The notes under the pieces were generated by a model, which ran no database searches, was not told the origin of the DNA, and saw only the letters and a program-made list of their open reading frames with translations. Positions 7,513-15,581 of a DNA stretch of 24,216 nucleotides are shown piece after piece; position 1 is the first letter of the stretch; each line of letters starts with the position of its first letter. Position numbers and translations under genes: made by a program. The stretch is from Chthoniobacteraceae bacterium. Lineage in GTDB: Bacteria; Verrucomicrobiota; Verrucomicrobiia; Chthoniobacterales; Chthoniobacteraceae. The stretch spans positions 1 to 24,216 of the forward strand of contig JANNWY010000281.1 of NCBI GenBank assembly GCA_031409335.1. Direction: 5' to 3'.

Positions 7513-10500
7513 TTAGTGCGAAGCCGGAGCGTCCTGCGCGATGGCCTTCTCCGCGGCCTTGCGGCCAAACGTGTAGAAGACTGTCGGTGTGACGCCCAAG
7601 CCAAGCAAAGTGGAAGTGATGAGGCCGCCGACGATGACGACGGCGACGGGATGCAGGATTTCCTTCCCCGGCTGATCGCCCGCGAGGACGAGCGGGATGA
7701 GACCGATGCCGGCGGCGAGCGCGGTCATGAGCACGGGGACGAGCCGCTCCTTCGTGCCGCGGATGACCATCGCCTTGGTGAAGCCTTCGCCCTCGTGCTG
7801 CATGAGGTGCAGATAGTGCGAGAGCAGCATGATCGAATTGCGCGCGGCGACACCGGCGACGGCGATGAAGCCGACGAGGGTGGCGATGGAGATGTTGTTC
7901 AGTTTGAAAAACGTGAGGACGAGTCCGCCGACGAGCGCGAGCGGGATGTCGCACAAAACTTGGAACGCAAAGAACGGCGTGCGGAAGTAGCCGTAGAGCA
8001 GGAAGGCGATGACCACGAAGACCACGCCGCTGAGCGCGGCGATGCGGCGCGAGGCTTCGCGCTGCGCGACGAATTCGCCCTCGTAGGAAATGAAGTAGCC
8101 CTCGGGCAGCTTCACCTTTTCCGCGACGCGCTTTTGCAGATCGACGACCAGCGTGCTCACGTCGCGCACCGTCGGTTTGATCGCGAGGGCGAAGCGGCGC
8201 TGCGCGTTTTCGCGGAAGATGACGTTCGGGCCTTTCGCCTCGCGCACGTCGGCGATGAGCGAGAGCGGGATGCGCTGCAAATTCCCTGCGCTGTCCCGGA
8301 CCTCGATGGGCAGCGCCGCGAGTTTGTCCGGTGTCTCGCGCCACTCCAGCGGCAGGCGGATGGCGAGGTCGATCTCGCGCTGGCCTTCGCGCAGGGCGGC
8401 GACGGTCTCGCCGCCGATGAGTGTCGAGAGCGTGGCGTTGAGTTTGCCGGGCGTGATGCCATATGCAGCGCAACGCTCGCGGTTCGCCTCGATGCGGAGC
8501 TGTGGGATCACGGATTGCTGGTCGAGCTTGCAGTCGGAGAAACCGGGGATCGTTTTCGCGACACCCTGCACTTCGATGCCGAGCTGCCGCAGCTTGTCGA
8601 GGTCGGGACCGAAAATCTTGATCGCCACCGGCGCGGAGACGCCGCTGAGCATGTGGCCGATGCGGTCGGCAAGCGGGCCCATCACCACGCTGAAAGTGCC
8701 GGGCACGCTCTGCACTTTCTTGCGGACATCGGCGAGGATTTCAGCGCGGGTGCGCGTGCTGGTTTCATCGCGAAAATCCACGTCGAACTCCGCGGTGCTC
8801 ACCGGCACGACGTGATCGCCGCGCTCGGCGCGTCCGAGGCGGCGGCCGACTTTACGGACTTCGGGGATCGAAAGCAGTTGCTGCTCGATGACGTCGGCGA
8901 TGTTGTTCGTTTCTTCGAGCGAGGTGCCGGGCGCGGCGGTCGTGGCGATGAGGAGCGTTTCTTCCTGGAATGCGGGCAGGAAGTCCTTGCCCATTTGCGG
9001 ATAGAGCAGGAACGCGCCGACGACCATCATGCCGACGATGCCGAGCAGCAGAAATGGCTGTGCCAGGCCAAAGCGGAGAAGAGTCTTTTCGAGCAGCACC
9101 TTCATTGCGCGGACGAGAGCGCCATCGTGGGACGAATGGGACTCATGAGTCGCATGGGTCCCCTTCGTCCCATCGCGAAGCAGGAACGAACACAAAACTG
9201 GAATCACCGTCAGCGAGACGACGAACGACGCGATCATCGAGATGATCGTGGCGATGGCGATGGGCGAGAAGAGGCGGCCTTCCACGCCGGTCAGCCCGAG
9301 CAGCGGGAGGAAGACGAGGACGATGAGCAGCGTGGCGTAGAGGATCGAATTCCGCACTTCGCCGGACGCCTTTGCGATCACTTCGAGGCGCGGGTGCGGC
9401 TTTGCGAGGGCGGCATTTTCCCGCAGGCGGCGGAAGACGTTTTCCACATCGACGATGGCATCATCGACGACCATGCCGATGGCGACGGCGAGACCGCCGA
9501 GGGTCATCGAGTTCACCGAAATATCGAACCACTGGAAGACCAGCATCGTGATGGCAAACGACAGCGGCATCGCCATGAGCGTGATGAAGGTCGTGCGAAA
9601 ATTGAGCAGGAAGAGAAAGATGACGATTGTGACCATTACCGCGCCCTCGGCGATGGCGGTCTTGAGATTGCCGATCGCATTCTCGATGAAATCGCCCTGC
9701 CGAAAAAGCAGCGTGGCCTCGACGCCGGCGGGCAGCGTTTTTTGCAACTCGGCGACGGCCTCCTCGATCTTCGCGGTGAGCCCGAGCGTGTCGAAGCCCG
9801 GCGCTTTCGTGATGCTCATGATCACGCCGCGCTTGCCATTCACGCTGCCGTCGCCGCGCATCGGCTCGACGCCCCACTCGACCTTCGCCACGTCCGCGAT
9901 GGTGATCGCGCGGTCGCCGACTTTTTTCACCACGGTGCGCGCGATGTCTTCGAGCTGCACCGTCATCGCAAGGTTGCGCACCATGATTTCCGTCGTGCCG
10001 CTGTTGATGAATCCGCCCGTCGAATTCGTCGCCGATTCCTTCGCCGCGGTTTCGAGTTCCTCGAATGTGACCTCGTGCGCTGCCATGCGATTCGGCTCGG
10101 GCATCACCTGCACCTGCTTGATGCCGCCGCCCATGTTCAGCACTTCGGCGATGCCGGGGATGCTTTGCAGCCGCGGGCGGATGGTCCAGTCGGCGATGCT
10201 GCGGACCTCGCGCGGCAGCGTCTGGTCGTCGCGGCTGCTCACGCCGATGAGCAGGATTTCTCCCATCAGCGAAGCCGCCGGCGTGAGGAACGGCTCGACG
10301 CCTTCCGGCAGCGAACCGCGCACTCCGGCGAGCCGCTCCTGCACAAATTGCCGCGCCTTATAGATGTCCGTGCCCCAGCCAAACTCGGCATAGACGAGCG
10401 AGAGCGACACGTCGGAATTCGAGCGCAGCCGCGTCAGCCCCGCCACACCGAGCAGCGCGCGTTCGATCGGTTGCGTGATGTTGATCTCCACCTCCTCCGG

Positions 10501-10671
10501 TGCGAGACCCGGCGACTCCGTGAGCACGATCACGGTCGGCTTCGTCAGATCGGGCAGCACTTCGACGGGCAACTCCATCGTCGTCCGCACCCCGAGCACG
10601 AGCAGCAGCAGCGCCAGCGCGACGATGATCGCACGGTTGTGCAGGGAGAAATAGATGAGCTTGTTCAGCAT
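7513..10671 (-). CDS. czcA: CzcA/CusA-family heavy-metal efflux RND permease, 1052 aa
   Basis: LPVEVLPDL, PGLAPEEVE, NSMTLGGLAVAIGMVVDDAIVDVENV (proton relay), ERLVPVLMTA, GKEILHPVAVVIVGGLITST. RBS GGAGG at 10684-10680. Confidence 0.95.
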   Translation of the reverse strand: MLNKLIYFSLHNRAIIVALALLLLVLGVRTTMELPVEVLPDLTKPTVIVLTESPGLAPEEVEINITQPIERALLGVAGLTRLRSNSDVSLSLVYAEFGWGTDIYKARQFVQERLAGVRGSLPEGVEPFLTPAASLMGEILLIGVSSRDDQTLPREVRSIADWTIRPRLQSIPGIAEVLNMGGGIKQVQVMPEPNRMAAHEVTFEELETAAKESATNSTGGFINSGTTEIMVRNLAMTVQLEDIARTVVKKVGDRAITIADVAKVEWGVEPMRGDGSVNGKRGVIMSITKAPGFDTLGLTAKIEEAVAELQKTLPAGVEATLLFRQGDFIENAIGNLKTAIAEGAVMVTIVIFLFLLNFRTTFITLMAMPLSFAITMLVFQWFDISVNSMTLGGLAVAIGMVVDDAIVDVENVFRRLRENAALAKPHPRLEVIAKASGEVRNSILYATLLIVLVFLPLLGLTGVEGRLFSPIAIATIISMIASFVVSLTVIPVLCSFLLRDGTKGTHATHESHSSHDGALVRAMKVLLEKTLLRFGLAQPFLLLGIVGMMVVGAFLLYPQMGKDFLPAFQEETLLIATTAAPGTSLEETNNIADVIEQQLLSIPEVRKVGRRLGRAERGDHVVPVSTAEFDVDFRDETSTRTRAEILADVRKKVQSVPGTFSVVMGPLADRIGHMLSGVSAPVAIKIFGPDLDKLRQLGIEVQGVAKTIPGFSDCKLDQQSVIPQLRIEANRERCAAYGITPGKLNATLSTLIGGETVAALREGQREIDLAIRLPLEWRETPDKLAALPIEVRDSAGNLQRIPLSLIADVREAKGPNVIFRENAQRRFALAIKPTVRDVSTLVVDLQKRVAEKVKLPEGYFISYEGEFVAQREASRRIAALSGVVFVVIAFLLYGYFRTPFFAFQVLCDIPLALVGGLVLTFFKLNNISIATLVGFIAVAGVAARNSIMLLSHYLHLMQHEGEGFTKAMVIRGTKERLVPVLMTALAAGIGLIPLVLAGDQPGKEILHPVAVVIVGGLITSTLLGLGVTPTVFYTFGRKAAEKAIAQDAPASH
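9128..9172. repeat. 45-bp palindromic element of five 9-nt units inside czcA
   Basis: TGGGACGAA TGGGACTCA TGAGTCGCA TGGGTCCCC TTCGTCCCA. Units 1 and 5 are perfect reverse complements, units 2 and 4 nearly so. Internal palindrome GACTCATGAGTC at 9140-9151. Confidence 0.85.
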
Positions 10672-10692
10672 CGGAAACTCCTCCCTCGACGA

Positions 10693-10711
10693 ATGCTATC
10701 AATGCTAGCAT
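10693..10711. promoter_or_regulatory. Putative FitA-type operator overlapping divergent extended -10 elements
   Basis: ATGCTATCA-ATGCTAGCAT. TGCTATCA (10694-10701) is the half-site I recall for Neisseria FitAB. ATGCTAGCAT (10702-10711) is a perfect palindrome 8 nt before the antitoxin ATG. Confidence 0.7.
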
Positions 10712-10719
10712 CTTGGGAT

Positions 10720-10983
10720 ATGCCGCAATTGCTCGTCCGCAACATTCCGGAATCGTTGGTCAAGAAATTGAAACGTCGTGCCGTCGAGCACGGCACTTCC
10801 GCAGAGGAGGAGCACCGACGCATCTTGCGCGAAGCACTCGCGCCACCCGCCGCGCAAAGTGCTGGAAAAACCAAGCGACGGACGCTTTTCGACGCCTTTG
10901 TAGAGCTGGGGAAAATCGCTCCTGACTTTGAATTTGGGCGAAAGCAAAGCGACTGGGGAATGCGCCGGAAGCTTGATCTTTGA
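10720..10983 (+). CDS. FitA-like ribbon-helix-helix antitoxin (VapB-type), 87 aa
   Basis: MPQLLVRNIPESLVKKLKRRAVEHGTSAEEEHRRILREAL is a classic FitA/RHH N-terminus. Hidden at the end of the spurious 1445-aa ORF. TGATG overlap with the toxin. Confidence 0.92.
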   Translation: MPQLLVRNIPESLVKKLKRRAVEHGTSAEEEHRRILREALAPPAAQSAGKTKRRTLFDAFVELGKIAPDFEFGRKQSDWGMRRKLDL

Positions 10984-11393
10984 TGCGTTATCTTCTCGAT
11001 ACCAATGTCCTTTCTGAGTTGCGCAAGGAAGGGCGCGGGAATCGTGGCGTGAAGGCTTGGGCGCTGGCCCACGATCCGGCGCAGAGCGCAATCAGTGTGG
11101 CAAGCGCCGCTGAAATCCGCTGCGGAATCGAGAACGTGCGATCGACCGATCCGCAGCAGGCGGAGGCGATCGAAAGGTGGCTCGACGGACTCCTCGTCGA
11201 ATTTGCCGCCAATCTTTTGCCAGTCACCGGCAGCATCGCGGATCGCTGGGGCCGACTCATGTCCGCCACGGACCGGCGTGATCGCGACCTGCTCCTCGCG
11301 GCGACTGCGCTCGAACACGATCTCACCGTCGTGACCCGGAACGACGAAGACTTTCGCGGAACCGGTGTGCGCATCCACAATCCTTGGAAGTAG
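10983..11393 (+). CDS. vapC: PIN-domain ribonuclease toxin (VapC/FitB family), 136 aa
   Basis: MRYLLDTNVLSELRK, AEIRCG, DLLLAATALEHDLTVVTRNDEDF. The acidic PIN residues are present. Confidence 0.95.
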   Translation: MRYLLDTNVLSELRKEGRGNRGVKAWALAHDPAQSAISVASAAEIRCGIENVRSTDPQQAEAIERWLDGLLVEFAANLLPVTGSIADRWGRLMSATDRRDRDLLLAATALEHDLTVVTRNDEDFRGTGVRIHNPWK

Positions 11394-11404
11394 TCGGCCA
11401 AGAT

Positions 11405-12544
11405 TCACGACTGAACGCCCTCCGGCTTGCGGTCCATTTTCGCGCGCCGCATCGCCACGGCGAGCAACACCAGCAGCAGCGCATTCGAGGCGAGGGAGAA
11501 AAGCGTGAGGGTCGAGAAATGCGCGTCGTCGTGGTCATGGCCGTTGCCGCTTTTTGGCTGGCTGGTTTTTTGCCCGGCGGTCATTTCGCTGCCGTCCTCG
11601 TTGTGCTCGTGGCCGTGCGCCGCATCGAGGGCTTCCTTCAAACTCACGCTGCCTTTGCCGGCGAAGCCGAGCGAGTAGGCGCCGGTGGTCACGACCTCAT
11701 CGCCCGCGACGAGGCCGGCCGTGATCTCGACGGTGCGTTCGTTCATCGCGCCGACCTGCACGGGCACGCGGACGAAGGTGTGCTTTAGCGCGGTGTCGTA
11801 GTGCTTGCGATAGACGACGCGGCTGGTCGCATCGCCTTGCAGCGCGAGGCGCGGGAGGCTCATCACGCCCTCGCGCTGGTTCACCACGATGCTGAATTCG
11901 GCGCGCATTCCGGGGCGCAGCAGCGTGCCGGGATTATCGACGTGAAAGGCGGCTTCGAGCGTGCCGCTCGCGGGGTCGGCCTCCGCGCCGAGATGCGCGA
12001 GCGTGGCGACGAATTCATCCTCGGGATACGCTAGCACGCGGATGCTCGCCTGCTGCCCCGGCTGTAATTTCCCCGTGAGATGCAGCGGCACCGCGGCGGT
12101 CGCGTGGACGGCGGTGAGGTCGATGATTTCGAGCAGCGAATCGCTCGGCTCGACCGGCTGGCCGGGCGTGACTTTTACGACGGAAACCAAGCCGCCCAGC
12201 GGCGCGAGCAATTTCACCATTGGCGGCGGATCGCCGGGCAGGCGGCTTTCGAGCACCACGGCCACGGCGTCCTTCGCGATGGTCGTGTCGATGTGCGTCT
12301 CGACGCTCGCGACGCGGCCCGGCACGCGGCTGCTGACCACCGCGCGGCGGCCCGGCGCGACATTGATGCGGCCGAGCGCGAAGACGGTTTCGGGAAAAGT
12401 CGTCTCCTCGGCCTCCACGGTTTCGATGCGCAAATTCTTCACGCCGTTTTCATCGAGGATGATGGTGTTCGCCGCCTCCTCCGGAGAGATGGCGGCGGAC
12501 ACGGTGGCGGCGAGGGCGAGGAGAAAAAGGAGCGGATACTTCAT
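11405..12544 (-). CDS. RND periplasmic adaptor (CzcB/CusB-like), atypical architecture, 379 aa
   Basis: Lipoyl halves VSSRVPGRV... and LLAPLGGLV...GQPVEP..LLEIIDL. Beta-barrel VDNPGTLLRPGMRAEF. Membrane-proximal EITAGLVAGDEVVTTGA. His-rich tail followed by a C-terminal hydrophobic helix. Confidence 0.92.
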   Translation of the reverse strand: MKYPLLFLLALAATVSAAISPEEAANTIILDENGVKNLRIETVEAEETTFPETVFALGRINVAPGRRAVVSSRVPGRVASVETHIDTTIAKDAVAVVLESRLPGDPPPMVKLLAPLGGLVSVVKVTPGQPVEPSDSLLEIIDLTAVHATAAVPLHLTGKLQPGQQASIRVLAYPEDEFVATLAHLGAEADPASGTLEAAFHVDNPGTLLRPGMRAEFSIVVNQREGVMSLPRLALQGDATSRVVYRKHYDTALKHTFVRVPVQVGAMNERTVEITAGLVAGDEVVTTGAYSLGFAGKGSVSLKEALDAAHGHEHNEDGSEMTAGQKTSQPKSGNGHDHDDAHFSTLTLFSLASNALLLVLLAVAMRRAKMDRKPEGVQS

Positions 12545-12555
12545 GGCGAAAAAAA

Positions 12556-13776
12556 TCAGCGCGCGGTGCCGAGGGCGGACAGGTGGCGCACGCGGGCGAG
12601 GTGGTAGTCGCGCAGCGCGTCGAGGCGCTGGCGCTCGAGCGCGAGGCGGCGGTCGCGGGCGCGGAGGACTTCGGTGAGCGGCGTGAGTCCGATGGCGTAG
12701 GATTCGCGGAATTGCTTTTCGATTTGTGCGGCTTTGGGAAGCAGCGCGCTGTCGAGTTCGGTCACGACGCGGGTCAGCGCGGCCATCACGTCGCGCGCGG
12801 TGGCGGACTCGGCGCGGATTTGAAAAGCGAGCGCGTCCGTCTCGAGTGCGGCGCGTTTCGCGGCAGCGTCGGCTTCCTCAATGCGCCCGACTTTCGCATC
12901 CCAGATCGGCAGCGGCAGGCTGAATCTGAGGCCCGCAAACGTGTCGCTTTGAAAACCATCGGGCGCGTCCTCGGAGCGCTCGCGAGAGACGCTGATGCCG
13001 ATGCGGATGTCTTCCCAGCGTTGCGCGCGGGCCAGTGTCGCGCCTTGTTTCGCGGCCTCGGCGGTGTGCTGCGCGGCGTTAAAATCGGGACGCCGCGCGG
13101 GGTCGCTCGCGCGACCTGGCAGCGATGCGGGCGCGGGCAGTTCGCCGTCGATCGCGATGGCCTCGCCCGTGCGTACACCGGCCAGCGCGCGCAGTTCGCC
13201 GAGCAGCGTGGTGCGTTCCGCCGCGAGCTGCAGCAGGTCGAAGCGGAGGATTTGCGTCTCGAGTTCCACCGAGGCGGCATCGACCCCGGAGGCCTCGCCC
13301 ACGGCCATGCGCTGGCGCATGAACTCCGCGAGTTCGCGACTGTTCGCGAGCTGTTTTTCGCGCAGCGCGCGCTGCCCGCCGAGCGCGAGCAGTTTCACCA
13401 TCGCCGTGCCGGTTTCCGCGCGGAGTTTTCGCTCCGCATCGCGCACCTCGGCTTCCGCGGCGGCGAGCTGCGCGCGCGACACGGCCTTCTCCAGGCGCAG
13501 CCGCGCGGTGAGCGGGAATTGCTGCGAGAGCGCCACCCCGACCGCACCTTCGGGCGCATGCACATTGCGCGAAAGCTCGACTTCGATTTCGGGATTCGCG
13601 AACCGCCCGGCCTGCTTCAAACGCGCCCGCGCTTCGTCGATGCGCAGCCGCGCGGCGGCGAGCGACGGGTTGTATTTTACGGCGTAAGCCGGCGCGCTTT
13701 CCCGGGAAAAGCGAATCTCGGCAGCTCTGGCGCAGAGGGCCGGCGCGATGGAAAGGATGAGTAAAAATCGGAGCAT
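12556..13776 (-). CDS. TolC/CzcC-family outer-membrane efflux protein, 406 aa
   Basis: Signal peptide, YNPSLAAAR, NPEIEV, RRPDF, FSLPLPIWD, YAIGLTPLTEVLRA. Positioned before the adaptor. Confidence 0.92.
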   Translation of the reverse strand: MLRFLLILSIAPALCARAAEIRFSRESAPAYAVKYNPSLAAARLRIDEARARLKQAGRFANPEIEVELSRNVHAPEGAVGVALSQQFPLTARLRLEKAVSRAQLAAAEAEVRDAERKLRAETGTAMVKLLALGGQRALREKQLANSRELAEFMRQRMAVGEASGVDAASVELETQILRFDLLQLAAERTTLLGELRALAGVRTGEAIAIDGELPAPASLPGRASDPARRPDFNAAQHTAEAAKQGATLARAQRWEDIRIGISVSRERSEDAPDGFQSDTFAGLRFSLPLPIWDAKVGRIEEADAAAKRAALETDALAFQIRAESATARDVMAALTRVVTELDSALLPKAAQIEKQFRESYAIGLTPLTEVLRARDRRLALERQRLDALRDYHLARVRHLSALGTAR

Positions 13777-13877
13777 GTGAGCATGGGTTGTTGGATGGAA
13801 CAGAGTGCATCACGCGAACGCGAAAAAGCGCGCGTGAACGGCGAAACACGGAGCGGCGAGCGCCACTCCTCCCGGCC

Positions 13878-14315
13878 TCAAATCAACAAGACAACAGTAC
13901 GCGCCACCGCCACGCCGGGCGGCGGGCTTTCACCCAATGCCAGCGCGTTTTCCAAAGCGGGAAGCAGCACCACTTTAGCCCGCTCCGAATCATCCAGCGT
14001 CAGAAACGCCAGCATCACGGGCGCGGGCAGTACGAGCGGATCGGTGTGCGCGGCCAGCGATTGGAAATCCTGCGCGACCTCCGCGTGCGTGTGTTTTTCG
14101 CCGTCGTCCGGACAGCATTCCGCGGAGTGCGCGGGGGCCGCGTTTTCGTGGCAATCCTCCCCATGCGGCCCGTGGCAGTGATCGCTCGCCATCGCCACGG
14201 GAGCGCCGGAGCAGAGGCAGAGAAAACTGCGGCCCACACCGAAAAGTTGCGCGCTCACCACGGCCAGCACGCCGAGCGCGAGCAGGAGCTTTTGGAGATG
14301 CGAACGAACTTTCAC
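13878..14315 (-). CDS. Cys/His-rich membrane-tethered or exported protein (CzcI/DUF2946-like leader gene of the metal efflux operon)
   Basis: N-terminal hydrophobic helix, FLCLCSG, DHCHGPHGEDCHE, ECCPDD, KHTH, and C-terminal SPPP...RTVVLLI typical of such leader genes. Start uncertain (GTG 14315 or 14351). Confidence 0.75.
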   Translation of the reverse strand: MKVRSHLQKLLLALGVLAVVSAQLFGVGRSFLCLCSGAPVAMASDHCHGPHGEDCHENAAPAHSAECCPDDGEKHTHAEVAQDFQSLAAHTDPLVLPAPVMLAFLTLDDSERAKVVLLPALENALALGESPPPGVAVARTVVLLI

Positions 14316-14432
14316 TGGCGCACAGAGAGCATGGACCGTGCTTTTGTTCAATCAGCGAGTGGCGGAAGTGCGCGATGGTCGGGCATTGATGCCGCGCGCG
14401 CGAATGCGTATCTCCCGGCTCGCTTCCACCGC

Positions 14433-15581
14433 ATGGCCGCCGTCGAAAAAATCACCCTCCTCGCAAACTACGAGCCCGACGCACAATGGAGCATGTTGAA
14501 TTTCGACCGCTTTCTCGCGGCGGAACTGCCGGCGAAAGGCGTGCGCGTGGACGTGCAGCGCCCGCCGCCGCGCATCGGGGCGACTCGTGGAAAATGGATT
14601 CGCTACCTCGACAAATACATCTTTTTCCAGCCCGCCCTCCGCCGCGCAGCCAAGGCAGCATCAGGCTCGCGGAGCCTGCTGCACATCTGCGATCACTCGA
14701 ATGCGCTCTATCTGCACACGGCAGGTGCGGCGCGAAATGTGGTGACGTGTCACGATCTGATCGCGGTGCGAATCGCGCACGGTGAATTCCCCGGAATCGG
14801 CACGGCATGGAGCGGGAAGATTTTGCAGCGGCTGATTTTGAGCGGGCTGGCGAAGTCGCATTTTGTCGTGTGCGACTCGGATTCCACGCGGCGGGATTTG
14901 GTGCGGTTTTTGCCGCGCTTGGAAGACCGCTCGACCGTCGTGCATCTGAGTCTGGATACGCGCTGGCGGCCAATCGCGAAGGAGGAAGCGCGCTCGCTGG
15001 CCGCGCCGTTCGCGTCAGAGCGGCCGATCGTTTTTCATCTCGGCGCGAATTGCTGGTACAAGAATTGGGAAGGTATCCTGCGAGCTTTCGTGCGGGTGAT
15101 CGAGAAGCCGCGCGCGGATGCGCCGCGACCGTTGCTCGTGCTCGGGAGCGGGATTTTGTCGGAGGAAAATCGCGCGTTCATCCGCGAGCATCGGCTGCAA
15201 AATGATGTGGTGAATCCTGGCCGGCTCACCGAGCCGCAAATCCTCGGGCTCTACAACCTCGCGAGCGTGTTTTTATTCCCATCCCACTTTGAAGGCTTTG
15301 GCTGGCCGCCGCTGGAGGCGCAGGCGTGCCGCTGTCCCGTCGTCTGCTCGAAGGGCGGCTCGCTGGCGGAGATCGTGGAGGACAGCGCGCTGACTGCCGC
15401 GCCCGACGACGCGGACGCGCTCGCCACACACCTCGGCGCGCTGATTCACAATGAAACGCTGCGCGACGAAACCATCGACCGCGGCCAAAAAAACGCCGCG
15501 CGTTTCACCCATGCCCGCACTGTCGATGGCTATCTCGAAGCCTACGTTACTGCGATCGCCCTGCCCGTAAGAAATCCATGA
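14433..15581 (+). CDS. Glycosyltransferase family 4 (GT-B), ~382 aa
   Basis: Start MAAVEKITLL (ATG 14433). VVTCHDL, VCDSDSTRRDL, YKNWEG, FLFPSHFEGFGWPPLEAQAC (E-x7-E motif). Confidence 0.92.
   Translation: MAAVEKITLLANYEPDAQWSMLNFDRFLAAELPAKGVRVDVQRPPPRIGATRGKWIRYLDKYIFFQPALRRAAKAASGSRSLLHICDHSNALYLHTAGAARNVVTCHDLIAVRIAHGEFPGIGTAWSGKILQRLILSGLAKSHFVVCDSDSTRRDLVRFLPRLEDRSTVVHLSLDTRWRPIAKEEARSLAAPFASERPIVFHLGANCWYKNWEGILRAFVRVIEKPRADAPRPLLVLGSGILSEENRAFIREHRLQNDVVNPGRLTEPQILGLYNLASVFLFPSHFEGFGWPPLEAQACRCPVVCSKGGSLAEIVEDSALTAAPDDADALATHLGALIHNETLRDETIDRGQKNAARFTHARTVDGYLEAYVTAIALPVRNP

Noticed and set aside
6646..10719. 1445-aa + strand ORF
   Set aside because: Antisense shadow of czcA and neighbours, as expected from high-GC codon bias. 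Only the last 87 aa (from ATG 10720) are a real gene, the antitoxin.
402..13776. PCAT using the metal-efflux adaptor as its HlyD
   Set aside because: The adaptor is CzcB-type and hairpin-less, unlike long-hairpin HlyD proteins. Co-orientation alone is not evidence.
13788..14432. N-terminal extension of the 597-aa glycosyltransferase ORF
   Set aside because: Antisense to the Cys/His-rich gene. GT similarity starts at ATG 14433.
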